Positions 51,320-64,000 of a stretch of 64,000 nt of DNA are shown piece after piece. Numbering within the stretch: the first letter of the stretch is position 1; each line of letters begins with the position of its first letter. This DNA is from Octopus bimaculoides (Eukaryota): contig NC_068983.1 in the NCBI RefSeq assembly GCF_001194135.2, positions 131,785,243 to 131,849,242 of the forward strand, written 5' to 3'. A program made the position numbers and the translations under genes. The notes below the pieces were generated by a model. It was given only the letters and a program-made list of their open reading frames with translations, was not told where the DNA came from and made no database searches.

Positions 51320-53440
51320 TTAGTTGATTAATCTAATTATCACGAACTCTCATGTAACATTCCTTCCTCATCTTCTCTTTCATTCTTGCATGCTGAATGC
51401 CAGGGCTCTCATTTATTCCGAGGTACATTCATTGATACGAAATTCCATCTCGGTGTCATCACTGAATGCTTTCAAAGTACGTAATACACTTTCAACTTCA
51501 TTATCGTCATTGTCATACAGTTTTAAGTCATCCATATAAAAGAGATGACTTATTTTCTTGTCGCCAATATTATACCCATACCCTTTTCTGTTAAGTTCAC
51601 TTGTAAGGGTTTAGAAGTGAAAGTGAGTCATCCTGGAAATGCCGCAGTTATATTAATATTCCTTTTGGTGCAGTATTCCATTAGAGTGGTATAATTGGAG
51701 ATTCGTATTACACACTGAAATGTGCTTCAGGAAGTTTGAAATCACAGTACAAATTTTGAAGATATCCAGCGATTTCAAGATCCATGAATGTGGTATTCTG
51801 TCGAAGGGACTTCTATTGTCAATTCATACGGGACTGAGATTTCTGCGTTTATTATGACAGTCCTCAATGATCATGCGATTGACTATGCGTTGGTCTTTGC
51901 ATCCATATTAGCATCGTCGGCGCCATTTCTGTTCAGTGGAGATAACATCCTTTTGTTCCGTAAATTTGCATGTTTTGTCCATGTGGATGGATGTTAACAT
52001 TTTAACGCGGGAGATAGACATCCTATGGAATGATAGTTTTAGAGAAATTTGGTTTCATTACTCTTCGGGAGTAGATAGGCAATCTCACTTGCTAACAAAT
52101 CAGGTTTCTTCTCAGCATCTCTCATAATTTCGTTGAATAACTGAACCAACTTTTTGTGTGCGTACGAAAGCAATGTGAGCCAGAAATTTGGTACCCTATC
52201 TTTACCAGAGGATTTCCACTTATGAGCCTTCGTAAGTATTATCCTTAGGTCTGCTGTTGTGATGTCCCATGCTTGTTCTGGAAAAGATTAGTAGAATCCT
52301 TCTGGGCATCTAATTCAGTCTGCATTTTTATTGTATCTACTTTCATCACTCCAAATATTTTTCCAAAAGTTTTCAGCTTCTTCCAAGGGAGCAGGGCCTT
52401 CAATGGTTATATTCTCCTTCCCTAGTAATGCGTAAAATGTTTTCGGATTGGATATGAACAGCTTATATTGCTTGTAAAACTTGTTTCTCGTCTCAAATCT
52501 TCGTATTTTTTGAGCTTTTGTTTGGACATTTTGTTGCAGTGTTTCCTTCATTGAAAGCCTTCCTTTTGGTGAGAACCTGTTTTCCCTTCATCTTTCCTCC
52601 TTTTCTGGATTTTAAATCGTTTTCACAAATAAACTCATTTAATATTGATATTTCACCTCTCAGTATTTCAATCTCTTTTTCAATTTTACTCTTGCAGTTT
52701 GGAATTCTTCTCAGGTTTGTATTTCTTTTTTTATTCAGAAGCATACAACTGGTTTCAGTTGTATTAGCAACCGCGTAAATAATTTCGTTTAACTGGGTGA
52801 GATCTGGCTTTAGTTCTAGTATAATTTCTTTTGTTAAATAGTTGACAATCTTAATTTGTTTTCTATTTTGGATTGCATTTGAGAGTTTATGAATTGTTTC
52901 TCTATCATACATATTAGCGTATCTTACAACTTCAAGCTTATTCAGGATTTTCTGCTTCAGTTCTATCATAGACTCTATATGCTCTTCAGTAAAGGTGTAG
53001 TCTTCAAATATTGTTACTTCAACACTTACCTCGCTATGTTTATCAGGTTCATTACAATTTATTTCTTCAGACGTTTACGTGTTCTCGTCAGATGGTAGTC
53101 TGTCAATTAGAGACTCCCGGAGAGTTGTTCTCTTTCTCTGGTTTTTCATTTCCTTCCTGTCGTATATTTAGTTCAATTTCCGCTGCGTGCTTGATCGCGT
53201 TTATTCACTATCTGTGCGTCTTTTATTTCTGAAAATATCCCTCCTAACATTGCTAATTTATTTTCTTCCAAATATAGTCTGCTGTCTTGATTTCGTGTTG
53301 TCTATTTTTGATAAGAGTGTGTGGTATGTTTCTCTTCTGATGGCCTACCTAATGCATAGTAATATGCGTATATTACTTCTATATCCTCTTCTCGGGTTCC
53401 TTTGATCCTCTTACTTTTTTTCTTTCTGTGGTGGGAGTGA
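51320..53440 (-). mobile_element. R4/Dong-like non-LTR retrotransposon, 5' piece (N-terminus plus RT)
   Basis: TREEDIEVIYAYYYAL..NKLA; KAQKIRRFETRNKFYKQ..NPKTFY..FWKNIW; IPNFW; YGCKDQ; FDRIPH; ISHLFYMDDLKLY. Confidence 0.9.
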
Positions 53441-54497
53441 TGGTGAAGCTGGAGGGCGGGAGCTGGAGCAGTTCCTGTTCAAATGACCATCAAGGTTCGT
53501 ATACATAGATAAGAGTTTGTACAAGTGGATGACATTTCGACCCCAAACTGGCTCTCTCCTAGGGGACACGCTTTCAGATTAATCATAGCACAAGCAATTT
53601 TATGAACTTTTGTAGTTTTCCTCTTTGTTTCGTAAAACATGTTTCTACTACATTAAAATCATTAGTATTGAGTCCTGTGTGGCAGATGTAGAGTCGGTTG
53701 TTTTCTCTGCCACTTGTCAGCTTCACCATTAAATACCGTTACAATTATTTTAACCTTGCCATTACAGCATTGTTCATCGCTAGTTACCACCAATAGTGCT
53801 TTTATCTGCATCGTTGTGGCTAACCTTTGTAGCCATGGCAACAATATAACCTTTATTTAGTTAAGCCTGCCATATTTGCTCCTACTACTGAGTGGTAGTA
53901 TTAAATGTTGATTAGTTTCGACTTTTGTCTTGTGCTTGAGATGATCATAAATACGTGAGGATTGGAGGAAGAGAAGCAGCTTGGTGAATAGACAGCCAAA
54001 TTCCACAAATCTGTAAATAGTTTCGGCAGATGGTGTGAAGGAGATCAACAATGGGGCTTCGCATTCCTGTGAGAACAAGCAACGAAGAAGTGTCGCAGCC
54101 TTGCGATCAACGGAGGTCAAATGTGTTTACTATTACAGCGATCACCGAGATCTCTGACCTTGAACTTGGGGAGAGCCAACTCATCTTGTTCTGCTTTAAT
54201 TACTGTTATAAAAATAATGATATATACTGATATTTACACTGTTGAATTTTTTTTCATTTTATAGGTTTTGCTGTGGTTTACAGTGTTCGTAATTGTGCAG
54301 TTTGTATACATTGGCAGTTGCTTTCATTTTTATCTTGCGTATAATAGTGTTGTTACAATAAAAGTTAAATTTTCATATTCGAGTAATGATAGAAAAAAAG
54401 AAAGATAAAATATTCACAGAAACTTTTTTAGATGTTAGAGTTTCAAAATTTCTAAAGATAATCGATTGTTTCCGACCAGACAAAACTGTAGATATCT

Positions 54498-54557
<60 letters not shown>
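54498..54557. repeat. (TAG)n microsatellite
   Basis: Direct reading. Confidence 0.98.
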
Positions 54558-54629
54558 AAGCAGCATCAGCAACAGTAATAGTAGTTGAAGTATTAACAAT
54601 TTTATTATCATTATCAAGGTTGCTAAAGG

Positions 54630-54705
54630 CACCAGCTGGCAGAATCGTTAGCATGCCGGACAAAACTGTTGGCGACAAATCTTCTTTTTTACGTTCTAAA
54701 TTCAC
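54630..54705 (+). mobile_element. SINE family B head
   Basis: ggcaccagctggcagaatcgttagcatgccggacaaaa; A-box-like TGGCAGAATCG. Confidence 0.7.
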
Positions 54706-55352
54706 GAAATTTATTTCTTTTCTGCTGGCCTTGCACACAGTCCTTTTTCCACAGGGAGCGTAAAATGGTTCTAATTGCAATTATTTCACCACTCATTATC
54801 GAAATTGTAAAATAAAGAAGAAATAATTAAGCAACTATTGGACAATAAGTTGTATCAAATTAATGATATAACATGGAAATACAAGTTACTAAAGTGAACT
54901 TCCAAAGAACGTTTGGCTTAATGTGGTAACTAATGCTCCTCGTACAAGTAGTCCAGAAACTTTGGTTGGAATAAATTCAACCGCAGTAATTCATTAATTC
55001 TTCATGTTACGATCTCTATAAAGTTGATCTCAGCAGGATTTGCATTCAGAAGGTGTCGATCCGAACAAACACCATAATGCTTTAACGGTCGTGCTGATTC
55101 ACAGCCTTTACTGTAGAAATAGGCTGCAATTTAAGGGAGAATTGACTGTTAATATTAGCAAGCTGATTTAGATGTAGATTACGTAAGCTGTGATATCTTT
55201 AATAGGTTGTATATGCCAAAAAGTAACGCACAAGTGTAGCCACTATGTATGACAGTGTAGAAGCTTCCATCAGACGTATAATTATGGTTCGTATTGGGAG
55301 ACCAAATGTAAGATAAACACCATTTGTAACATTTTTATGATTTCTGTAAAAG

Positions 55353-56276
55353 TACAAGGGTACCGAAAAGTAACCGGAAACGTTTTCTGTGGGACAATCC
55401 TGTTGAAATTCAGGCTTCCGCCCCTAGAAGCCGATTGGTGCGACTCTCAGGCATCAGTCTTCCCACCGACATCTGCAGATCAGGTTGTGCTGCGATGTAG
55501 TGTGTCTTTGTTTTGCAGTGAATCTCCCCTGTTCGTCGACTTTTGCGATAGCTGAAACGAAGGAACAACGTGCCTCCGTGAAATTCTATTTTCTGCTGGG
55601 GAAGACGGCAGCCGAAATAGCTATCATGCTTCAAACAGCTTGCTACAAACAGCTTCAAACAGCTTGCTGTCATGAACAAAACACAAGTTTATGAGTGGTT
55701 TTCACGCTTTAGAAATGGTCACTTATCATTTGAGGACCAACCTCGTTCAGGGCGATCGTCTTCCTCCCGAACGAATGAAAACATCACGAAAATTCATGAA
55801 CTGATCTGGGAGAATCGTCATCCAACAACTGACGAACTTTTTGATATGGCTGGCGTATACTGGAGCCCCTGCCAACATAATTTTGAGCGAGGATTTGCAA
55901 ATGAAAAGAGTTGCAGCAAAATTTGTGCTTCGGCTGCTCACGGAAGACAAAGAGCAGTCACGAGAGAATGCGTTTCGTGAACTAAACGAACACTTGGAAG
56001 TTGATCGGGACCTTTTCTCGAAGATCATCACTGGTGACGAAAGCTGGTACTACATAATTTGCAAATGTGGAAGAGGTGAAGAATAAAACGACGGAAGCGT
56101 TAAAAAGCATCACTTCGCAAGAGTTCCAGTGCTGCTTCGTACAGTGGGAAACGTGTCTGGACCAATGCATAGCTTCAGATTGAGAATACTTTGAAGGCAA
56201 TAGAAATATAAACATTTAAAACTAAATGAATAAAATATTATTGCAAACTTCCGGTTTCTTTTGGTTACACCCCTCG
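55353..56276 (+). mobile_element. Internally deleted mariner with both TIRs
   Basis: EQRASVKFYFLLGKTAAE; KTQVYEWFSRFRNG..EDQPRSGR; KRVAAKFV; IITGDESWYY joined directly to the C-terminal VEEVKNKTTEAL; TIR cores aaaagtaaccggaa / ttccggtttctttt. Confidence 0.9.
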
Positions 56277-57202
56277 CGTTGTATGATTTTCATATTTTGG
56301 ACACGAAAATCAATAAATTCGAGGATATTTAAAGCACGAATATGCTTAATAATATTTCAAGAATTTCCCCAACTACAATTGTGAAAGTAAAGACTAGTAA
56401 ATATTCCTCCAATACTCGATATAAAATGAAGCCAACAGGTAATTTGGCAAAGTTTTGGGAGTTAAGGTGTGCAAGTGGATATGTGTAACTCGTTAAACAC
56501 GTTGAATTTTAACTGTTGAAAGTGAAAAGAAAGAGAAAAATATAGACATAATATAGACATAATGTTGAAAATACTTTTTGTGAGTGTAGAAGACTCCAAG
56601 CAATAAATAATCTGTTGGATATCCAATTATGGGATCCCTGTGGTTATTTGGATTATTTGACAAGTAAAGTGTTGAAGGAAAAGTCGTAAATACATAAAAC
56701 ATTGGAAATCATCTATATTTTAACAAAATAACTATAGTAATGCCAACAAAGGCTTAATAGAATAAACAAGTGAATATAAAGAACAAAACTAGGAATATAA
56801 AAGTTTACCCCATTAAAGAAAACAAATAGTAAGCTTCTCTTAGTTTTTCTGCCAATGGACATAAATCATGCTGATTCTGCAACTAGATACAAACAGTTGA
56901 TATACTTAGCCGTTAAAAAAAAAAACAATTAAGAAATCTGTTAATTTGAATACAAAACTTTATATCTTTTAATTTCATTGTCTACAGTTTGTATTAGAAT
57001 TCCAATCATTTATATAAACAACATCTTAAATGTCACAATTCACGTCCAGCTATTGTTTTATAAGCATCAATTAAAGACTGGCCCCGGCAGTGAACAATAT
57101 AATGTTCTTTCGAGAATGGAAACACACATTCATACATTCACAAACATGCCATCATACGCCCATACACAGACTCTCTCTCCCGCTCTCTCTCTCTCATGCA
57201 CG

Positions 57203-57312
<110 letters not shown>

Positions 57313-57785
57313 GACTAGCACATACTTGTTTGTGGGTGGGAGTGCGTTTGCATTTCTATGTGGACGTATGTGGGCAGGTATGATTGGGGTGGCACTGTCG
57401 TAAATATTCTGAACCGGATTCCTTTGTGAATCCACACAAAGGAATTTTAAATGTCAATAAATATTGAGTCTAGTTAGAGATGAAACCCTTCACATACTGG
57501 CGTAGCGTTATAATGATAAATACAGTAAGTTGCAGAAGAAAGAAACACCGATTTACTTACACAAATTCAGTTTATAATGCGTATACCAATGGGTCTGAAT
57601 ACACACATGCACACACACACGCACACACACACAGACATACACAAACACAAATTAAAATAGACACACAAATATGTATGCATATATCTATGTATATATATCT
57701 ATATATATATGTGTGTGTGTGTGTATGTGTGTGTGCATGTGCATAAATACACACGCATATATATATGTGAATGTATATATGTGTG

Positions 57786-57835
<50 letters not shown>

Positions 57836-58924
57836 TATACATGCATCTATATATATATATATATAAGCATGTATATATATATGCATGTATGTANNNNNNN
57901 NNNNNNNNNNNNNNNNNNNNNNNNNNNNNNNNNNNNNNNNNNNNNNNNNNNNNNNNNNNNNNNNNNNNNNNNNNNNNNNNNNNNNNNNNNNNNNNNNNNN
58001 NNNNNNNNNNNNNNNNNNNNNNNNNNNNNNNNNNNNNNNNNNNNNNNNNNNNNNNNNNNNNNNNNNNNNNNNNNNNNNNNNNNNNNNNNNNNNNNNNNNN
58101 NNNNNNNNNNNNNNNNNNNNNNNNNNNNNNNNNNNNNNNNNNNNNNNNNNNATATATATATATATATACATACATACACACACATACATAGATATATATT
58201 AAAATTTCCAATGGTTGACGATTAGCATCACGATTTGAAACTCGGAGTACCAAGGATTTAGAGTTAGACTATTTTGATTCATATATGTAACTCACAATAA
58301 ATGTGTCGAGTGCCCTTCTTTCGTTTCTCCACGTACTGGTATACACACGCACACTCAGTCACACAGATACACACACATCTATGTATCCTAATTAATTTAA
58401 AAACACCGTCCGGAGATACCATCTCTGGCGTTCTGTCCTTAAACATGAACCATAATGAACTTTAAACATTCTTATTATTGTGTAGCCAGATGTAGGCAAA
58501 TTCAAACGCAAAAAATGCTGGTAGGCATAGCAGGTGATTTGTGTTTTATCTGTCGATCAATGGCTGGACAAGTGAAAATATTCTTTTAATATGTGTTTTG
58601 GAGAAAGGGGATCTTTTGAAGTGGGCGTCAAATGAAAAGAGACATGGACAGTTTTATGACTGAACTTCTTTTGAAGTTGGTGTGAGACGGATGAATTGAT
58701 GTCTGTGCGTATGTGTGTGTGTGAGTGTATGTGTTTTTCGTGGGGTATGCGAGACAGAGAGAGTAATGTTGATGGTGTGTGTATATGAGAGAGAGAGAGA
58801 GAGTAAGAAAGGAAGATAGATAGATAGAGAGAGAGATAACTGAAATGTTCCATTCAGTTTTTGCAGTAAGTGAATGTGCGAGTGGTTGACAGAGAAAAAC
58901 CGAGAGAGATAGGGAGAGAGTGAG

Positions 58925-59024
<100 letters not shown>

Positions 59025-59069
59025 TGGTTATGTATGTATGTATGAATGGCTTCAGTGACACACAATCAC

Positions 59070-59255
59070 ATACACCCACGCACGAAGGTTGTTTTAATCG
59101 ATTTCCTCGGTTACTATGGGGGCTAGGAACAAAATACAAATCGCGTTCCAATCTATGCACCCGTCTCCACATGTGTGCCATGTTTCATGCGAATCCACCC
59201 AGTCGTTTAGCCGTGAACCTCGAGAAAGAAATAATACATGGTCAATTTATATTAT
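59070..59255 (+). mobile_element. Possible non-autonomous Helitron/Helentron-type terminal fragment
   Basis: tgtgccatgtttcatgcgaatccacccagtcgtttagccgtga resembles recalled DINE/HINE-like 3' regions; truncated by a gap. Confidence 0.3.
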
Positions 59256-59914
59256 ATTTTNNNNNNNNNNNNNNNNNNNNNNNNNNNNNNNNNNNNNNNN
59301 NNNNNNNNNNNNNNNNNNNNNNNNNNNNNNNNNNNNNNNNNNNNNNNNNNNNNNNNNNNNNNNNNNNNNNNNNNNNNNNNNNNNNNNNNNNNNNNNNNNN
59401 NNNNNNNNNNNNNNNNNNNNNNNNNNNNNNNNNNNNNNNNNNNNNNNNNNNNNNNNNNNNNNNNNNNNNNNNNNNNNNNNNNNNNNNNNNNNNNNNNNNN
59501 NNNNNNNNNNNNNNNNNNNNNNNNNNNNNNNNNNNNNNNNNNNNNNNNNNNNNNNNNNNNNNNNNNNNNNNNNNNNNNNNNNNNNNNNNNNNNNNNNNNN
59601 NNNNNNNNNNNNNNNNNNNNNNNNNNNNNNNNNNNNNNNNNNNNNNNNNNNNNNNNNNNNNNNNNNNNNNNNNNNNNNNNNNNNNNNNNNNNNNNNNNNN
59701 NNNNNNNNNNNNNNNNNNNNNNNNNNNNNNNNNNNNNNNNNNNNNNNNNNNNNNNNNNNNNNNNNNNNNNNNNNNNNNNNNNNNNNNNNNNNNNNNNNNN
59801 NNNNNNNNNNNNNNNNNNNNNNNNNNNNNNNNNNNNNNNNNNNNNNNNNNNNNNNNNNNNNNNNNNNNNNNNNNNNNNNNNNNNNNNNNNNNNNNNNNNN
59901 NNNNNNNNNNNNNN

Positions 59915-59963
<49 letters not shown>

Positions 59964-59965
59964 AA

Positions 59966-60192
59966 TACAGTAATATCTCGGCTATCGCAGGTGTTACATT
60001 CCAAAATACCCCGCGATAGGAAAAACTACGCGGAGTACAAACAGTACTGTACTGCATATATATTTTTATAATTCTTATAATTTGCATATATTCATTTTAT
60101 CATAAATGCAAAACAACACCACGTATGAATCGACGTAAGCTTAAATAATAAACCACGATAGGTGAACCAAGATATGGCGAGGGTTTACTGTA
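59966..60192. mobile_element. Tigger/pogo-like MITE with TA flanks
   Basis: ta-cagtaatatctcggctatcgc ... gatatggcgagggtttactg-ta inverted termini. Confidence 0.78.
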
Positions 60193-60240
60193 TGTATATA
60201 CATATATAGATATGTATGTAGAAATGCATGTATATACATG

Positions 60241-60277
<37 letters not shown>

Positions 60278-60290
60278 NNNNNNNNNNNNN

Positions 60291-60350
<60 letters not shown>

Positions 60351-60385
60351 ATGTGTGTGTGTGTGTGTATGTGTATACATACACA

Positions 60386-60605
60386 CACGAGGCGTGCTGA
60401 ATAGTTCTTGACTCTAAGTGTATACCGAAAGGCATGGCTGGAGGTCCAAACTTCTGAATTCTTTTACAGGGCTGAGATAAGCTGAAGGACGGCTAAAATA
60501 AATGTGTGTTTCTGAGAGGGGAATGTGTTAAATAAAATCATCATTAACCTATCCTTCTGTATCTTCTTTTACATAAAGCTAGGAATTTGTCACCACTCCC
60601 TCGTA
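60386..60605 (+). mobile_element. Mariner-derived MITE (same family as 3752-3993)
   Basis: cgaggcgtgctgaatagttcttgac ... ctaggaatttgtcaccactccctcgta; shared internal ctgaaggac..ctgagagg..aataaaatca. Confidence 0.75.
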
Positions 60606-60659
60606 CATAGATGCGTGTGTGTCTGTATCAGTTTGTGTGTGTGTGTGTGTGTGTGTAGA

Positions 60660-61850
60660 GGAAGAGCGGTAGGGCATGATTTGAATGCATGCATTACACA
60701 CAAATCAAAAATTGCAATGTCCGTGTCAGTTGCGATGAAACCATAAACAAAAGAAGAAAATCTGATCAACAGAAAACAAACGATTTCAGATGTATATGAA
60801 GATATGGAAGGAAATTAACCAATTGGAAGCCAATTTCAATTTCTATCCTTCCCGCTTAAAAATGGGGTGAATTTTATGGTATGACAGTAGGAAGCATGAA
60901 TTTAAAGGCTTGCTCATTCTAATATCAAATCGTGTATTTTGAAAGGAGCCAAACCAACTTCTTTCTGTTGGCATATCTATAGCTTCATTGAGGAACTCTC
61001 CTATGGTAATTAAACATTTCTTGTACACGTAAAATCCTGCTATCAAACCGTTTCCAGTGGAACCAATATAACGCATGGAGCTATTGCAAACATGGAATAT
61101 CTATATACTACCACTTTGATCCAGCAATTGCCATTAAGAGGGCAGTCACAGTAGTCTATGTTTCCTGTCCATTCAATAAGTATTCAATATTGTCGGAGAT
61201 AAATAAAAAGCCGAAGTTCTTAATGCAAAATTTTTGATTTTAGTGTGCTTCTGTGGAGAAATGTATATCATTCATGCTCCCTTTAGAAAGATCAGGACGA
61301 AAATAAATACTCTATTTTTGATTAAACAACAAAATCTTGCCCTTGCTAGTTCAATGAAATATCCTGACGTTATCCTTCGTTCCTCTAAGAATGCATCTGC
61401 TCAGAAGATACGCTGATTTTGAAGGCACCATTGTTGTAAGATGAAAACTGTGTCGGAGGCCGCCTTAACCGCTCAGAAAGAGTGGAATCAGTTTCTTATA
61501 TCGTGAACTATATTCTTAAGGATATATGGGGAGTAATTAGAATTCTTATTTATGTAGAAATGCTATTTATTAAACTTGCAGTATGACTCAAAACTGCCAG
61601 ATTTTTTTATGTAAAGTAACATTTGAGAAGTAGAGACTACTAAACTTCGTATTAAATATGTTTCTTCAATCGAATAATCTAAGTTCATTCTTAAAGCTTA
61701 TTGAATTTATTGTAGTTGAAATTAGAAATACCACCATCGTTGAGGAGGGCATTTGTTCAGTTAAAATCCGTATAGATGCACATTTCACCATGTGTAATTC
61801 TACTCCGTCAAACGTATACATAGACATAGATTTCTCTGTCTAATTTTCAA
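60660..61850 (-). pseudogene. Possible decayed LRR-LRRCT receptor remnant
   Basis: ILIEWTGNIDYCDCPL (about 61135-61183), frameshift, then WQLL...CNSSMRYIG, fitting LRRCT GN..CDC.L.W...C..P...G; later SCFLLSY; many stops. Confidence 0.33.
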
Positions 61851-62499
61851 TCTAATGAATGCTTTCTAAACGCTTTTACGACTCTTCTATGTTTATACAT
61901 ATATATGCCTGTATATACAGTCACATGCATTATGTCGGCATCCGAAACAAGCTATCAATGTAATTAATCGCTTATTAATGTTTAGTTTATATCTTCCTTT
62001 CAACAATACGATTTCCGCTTTCTCTCTTTTGGTTTCTTTTTCTCTTACACAGTCTTTCACTCCAATTTTCACTGACGTAAATTTATTCATTTATTTGCTT
62101 TGCGAAAAATATTCATCGTTATTTCGGTTTGTTATAATTCAATTTTTAAAATTCTAAATTTCTGAAACAACTTTTCTTTTAGAAACAATTATCATATTTA
62201 CTACAATATATATATGCAAGTTGTATAATTCGGTTATCTTTAACTTTTACATCTTTATATTTTTTACGTCAATGTTTAATCGCATTACGAAACAGATTCC
62301 ATTCATTCTAATAAGCCCCTGTTAAATCCGCTTTAAATGTTTAAGAAGTTATCAAGTTATTATTATTGCCACAGTTATAAGTATTAATAAATCGCTGATT
62401 ACTTTCAAAAGTTCACTTCCGGCAGATGATCTGTTATGTGAAATTCCGAGTAAAATTTTGTGACGTTTATCCGCTTCAGTAAAATAGAACATAGATGTA

Positions 62500-62551
<52 letters not shown>

Positions 62552-62629
62552 AATTAATGCAATCAAGATTTCACACCTCAAGAATCATTCTTTCATGGTC
62601 AGCCTATGAACTTTGCGGTTCACACTCGT

Positions 62630-62678
<49 letters not shown>
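62500..62678. repeat. (ATCT)n and (CA)n microsatellites
   Basis: Direct reading. Confidence 0.95.
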
Positions 62679-62680
<2 letters not shown>

Positions 62681-63149
62681 CACAAACATGTATGCGGCAC
62701 ACATACACAGAGACATACAGACACAGAGACACACAGACACACAGACACATATATGTTGGGCAGTGTGCGGGACAAATATGAAAGCTTGTTGAATGACAGA
62801 GGAACTCATGACCGGTCAACGACCATCCGCGAAAGTGTACATATGTATATTATTTATGTATTTTAATTTAATGTTTTTTATATGTTTATACTTTTATATT
62901 TTTTAAATCCATATTCATGGGGTGAAGTATAAAATAAGTTATATTTCTTCTGAAATCCTTGATTTTCAAAGAAGGTGATAATCGGGTTTGGTTTGACGGT
63001 TTACTGAAAATGATAGAGATAACTCAGCTACTTCAACACAAATATGTACCCAGAAAATCACTTTTTCAGACGCACAAAAACAAAAAAAATAATAATATGA
63101 GCTGAAAGGAGTGCACATAGAGAAATAAGAGATAGGAAAGAAAATTGAT

Positions 63150-63800
63150 ACAGGGATTTGTCAAAGGATATTCAATCAACTGCTGATTATATTAATACTA
63201 ACATGTTTTATGCTATCTTACAAAAAACATATTTTTCCAAAGGCGCAAAAATTCCACCTTTCCACTGAAGCAATGGGCACATGCACATTAAATCAATGGA
63301 TGGTATAGTAAAACGATGAAAAGAGCATTTTTCTAACATATTTTTCCGAAATTCTGGTTCCAATTATATTATCTCCAATCTTCAGCAAATGTTAATCATT
63401 TATGAATTGAATAATATACTTTTAAATGAAGAGTTTTCAGTCTGTATTAAGAAACTTAATCCGGGAAAAGTGTTAGGAATAAATGGAATCGCAGCAGTGG
63501 AGTTTTCGGTTTAGAAGTGATTTTATGGCGAAATTAATGCAAAGCATAAGTTGTTATGTGTGAAAGATAACAACAGTACCAAAAAGCGGGCACAAAAGGG
63601 AAATCACATGCTAAACGTCTGCCGGCAATGTACTTACTGGGATTCTTCTTGCACAATTAAACGATAAGATTTCACCGAATTTTCTCCCAGAATCACGATG
63701 TGATTTTGCACGACATGGAGTTACCACGGGTATAAAATTTAATGCACATCCGGAGCAAGAAATATGTTAAGAAATTTTCCGGTTATATAACACAAAGACT
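63150..63800 (+). mobile_element. RTE-clade LINE RT fragment, decayed
   Basis: KR*KEHFSN; EEFSVCIKKLNPGKVLGINGI; LLAQLNDKISPNFLPESRCDF resembling LPESQCGFR. Confidence 0.75.
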
Positions 63801-63885
63801 ATCTTCAATTATCTGGTAATTTCGACTTCTCATTACTTGTATTTGACTCCATATCATTTGTGATTTTGTGTGTTTTAGTTTTTAA

Positions 63886-63937
63886 CTAGTTTGGTGCCTG
63901 TGTAGAGCACCAAACTGTGTAGAGACAACTCTACACT
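63886..63937. other. Two adjacent perfect hairpins sharing a repeated 9-mer
   Basis: agtttggtgc/gcaccaaact (10 bp, 63888-63916) and gtgtagag/ctctacac (8 bp, 63917-63936). Confidence 0.85.
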
Positions 63938-64000
63938 GTTGTCGGTTTTGAGAAAGTCATATTCCATTAAAGTGTCGACAACCATCATTATATATATATA

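Overview
This is AT-rich eukaryotic non-coding DNA from a gapped assembly, with many N-runs that mostly abut microsatellites. The two tRNA-derived SINE families and the microsatellite density resemble an Octopus or other cephalopod genome (inference from recalled repeat families, not tested). I find no intact host protein-coding gene. Most long ORFs in the track are microsatellite or N artefacts. The window is a transposon graveyard: about 20 SINE copies, five mariner elements, one rosa/DD41D-like Tc1/mariner, four MITEs, a hAT (Charlie/Buster-like) remnant, two Helitron helicase remnants, three Penelope-like GIY-YIG fragments, Tx1/L1, RTE and CR1-like LINE fragments, and an R4/Dong-like LINE in two complementary, oppositely oriented pieces. 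The most notable signals are: (i) candidate minimal hammerhead ribozymes, the best at 30754-30817 (-); (ii) the R4 element apparently split by an inversion at an (AAT)n/(ATT)n palindrome; (iii) several heavily decayed segments with weak LRR/LRRCT (possibly Toll-like receptor) motifs; (iv) clear nested insertions; (v) a 51-bp higher-order minisatellite. TE boundaries are approximate, read by eye.
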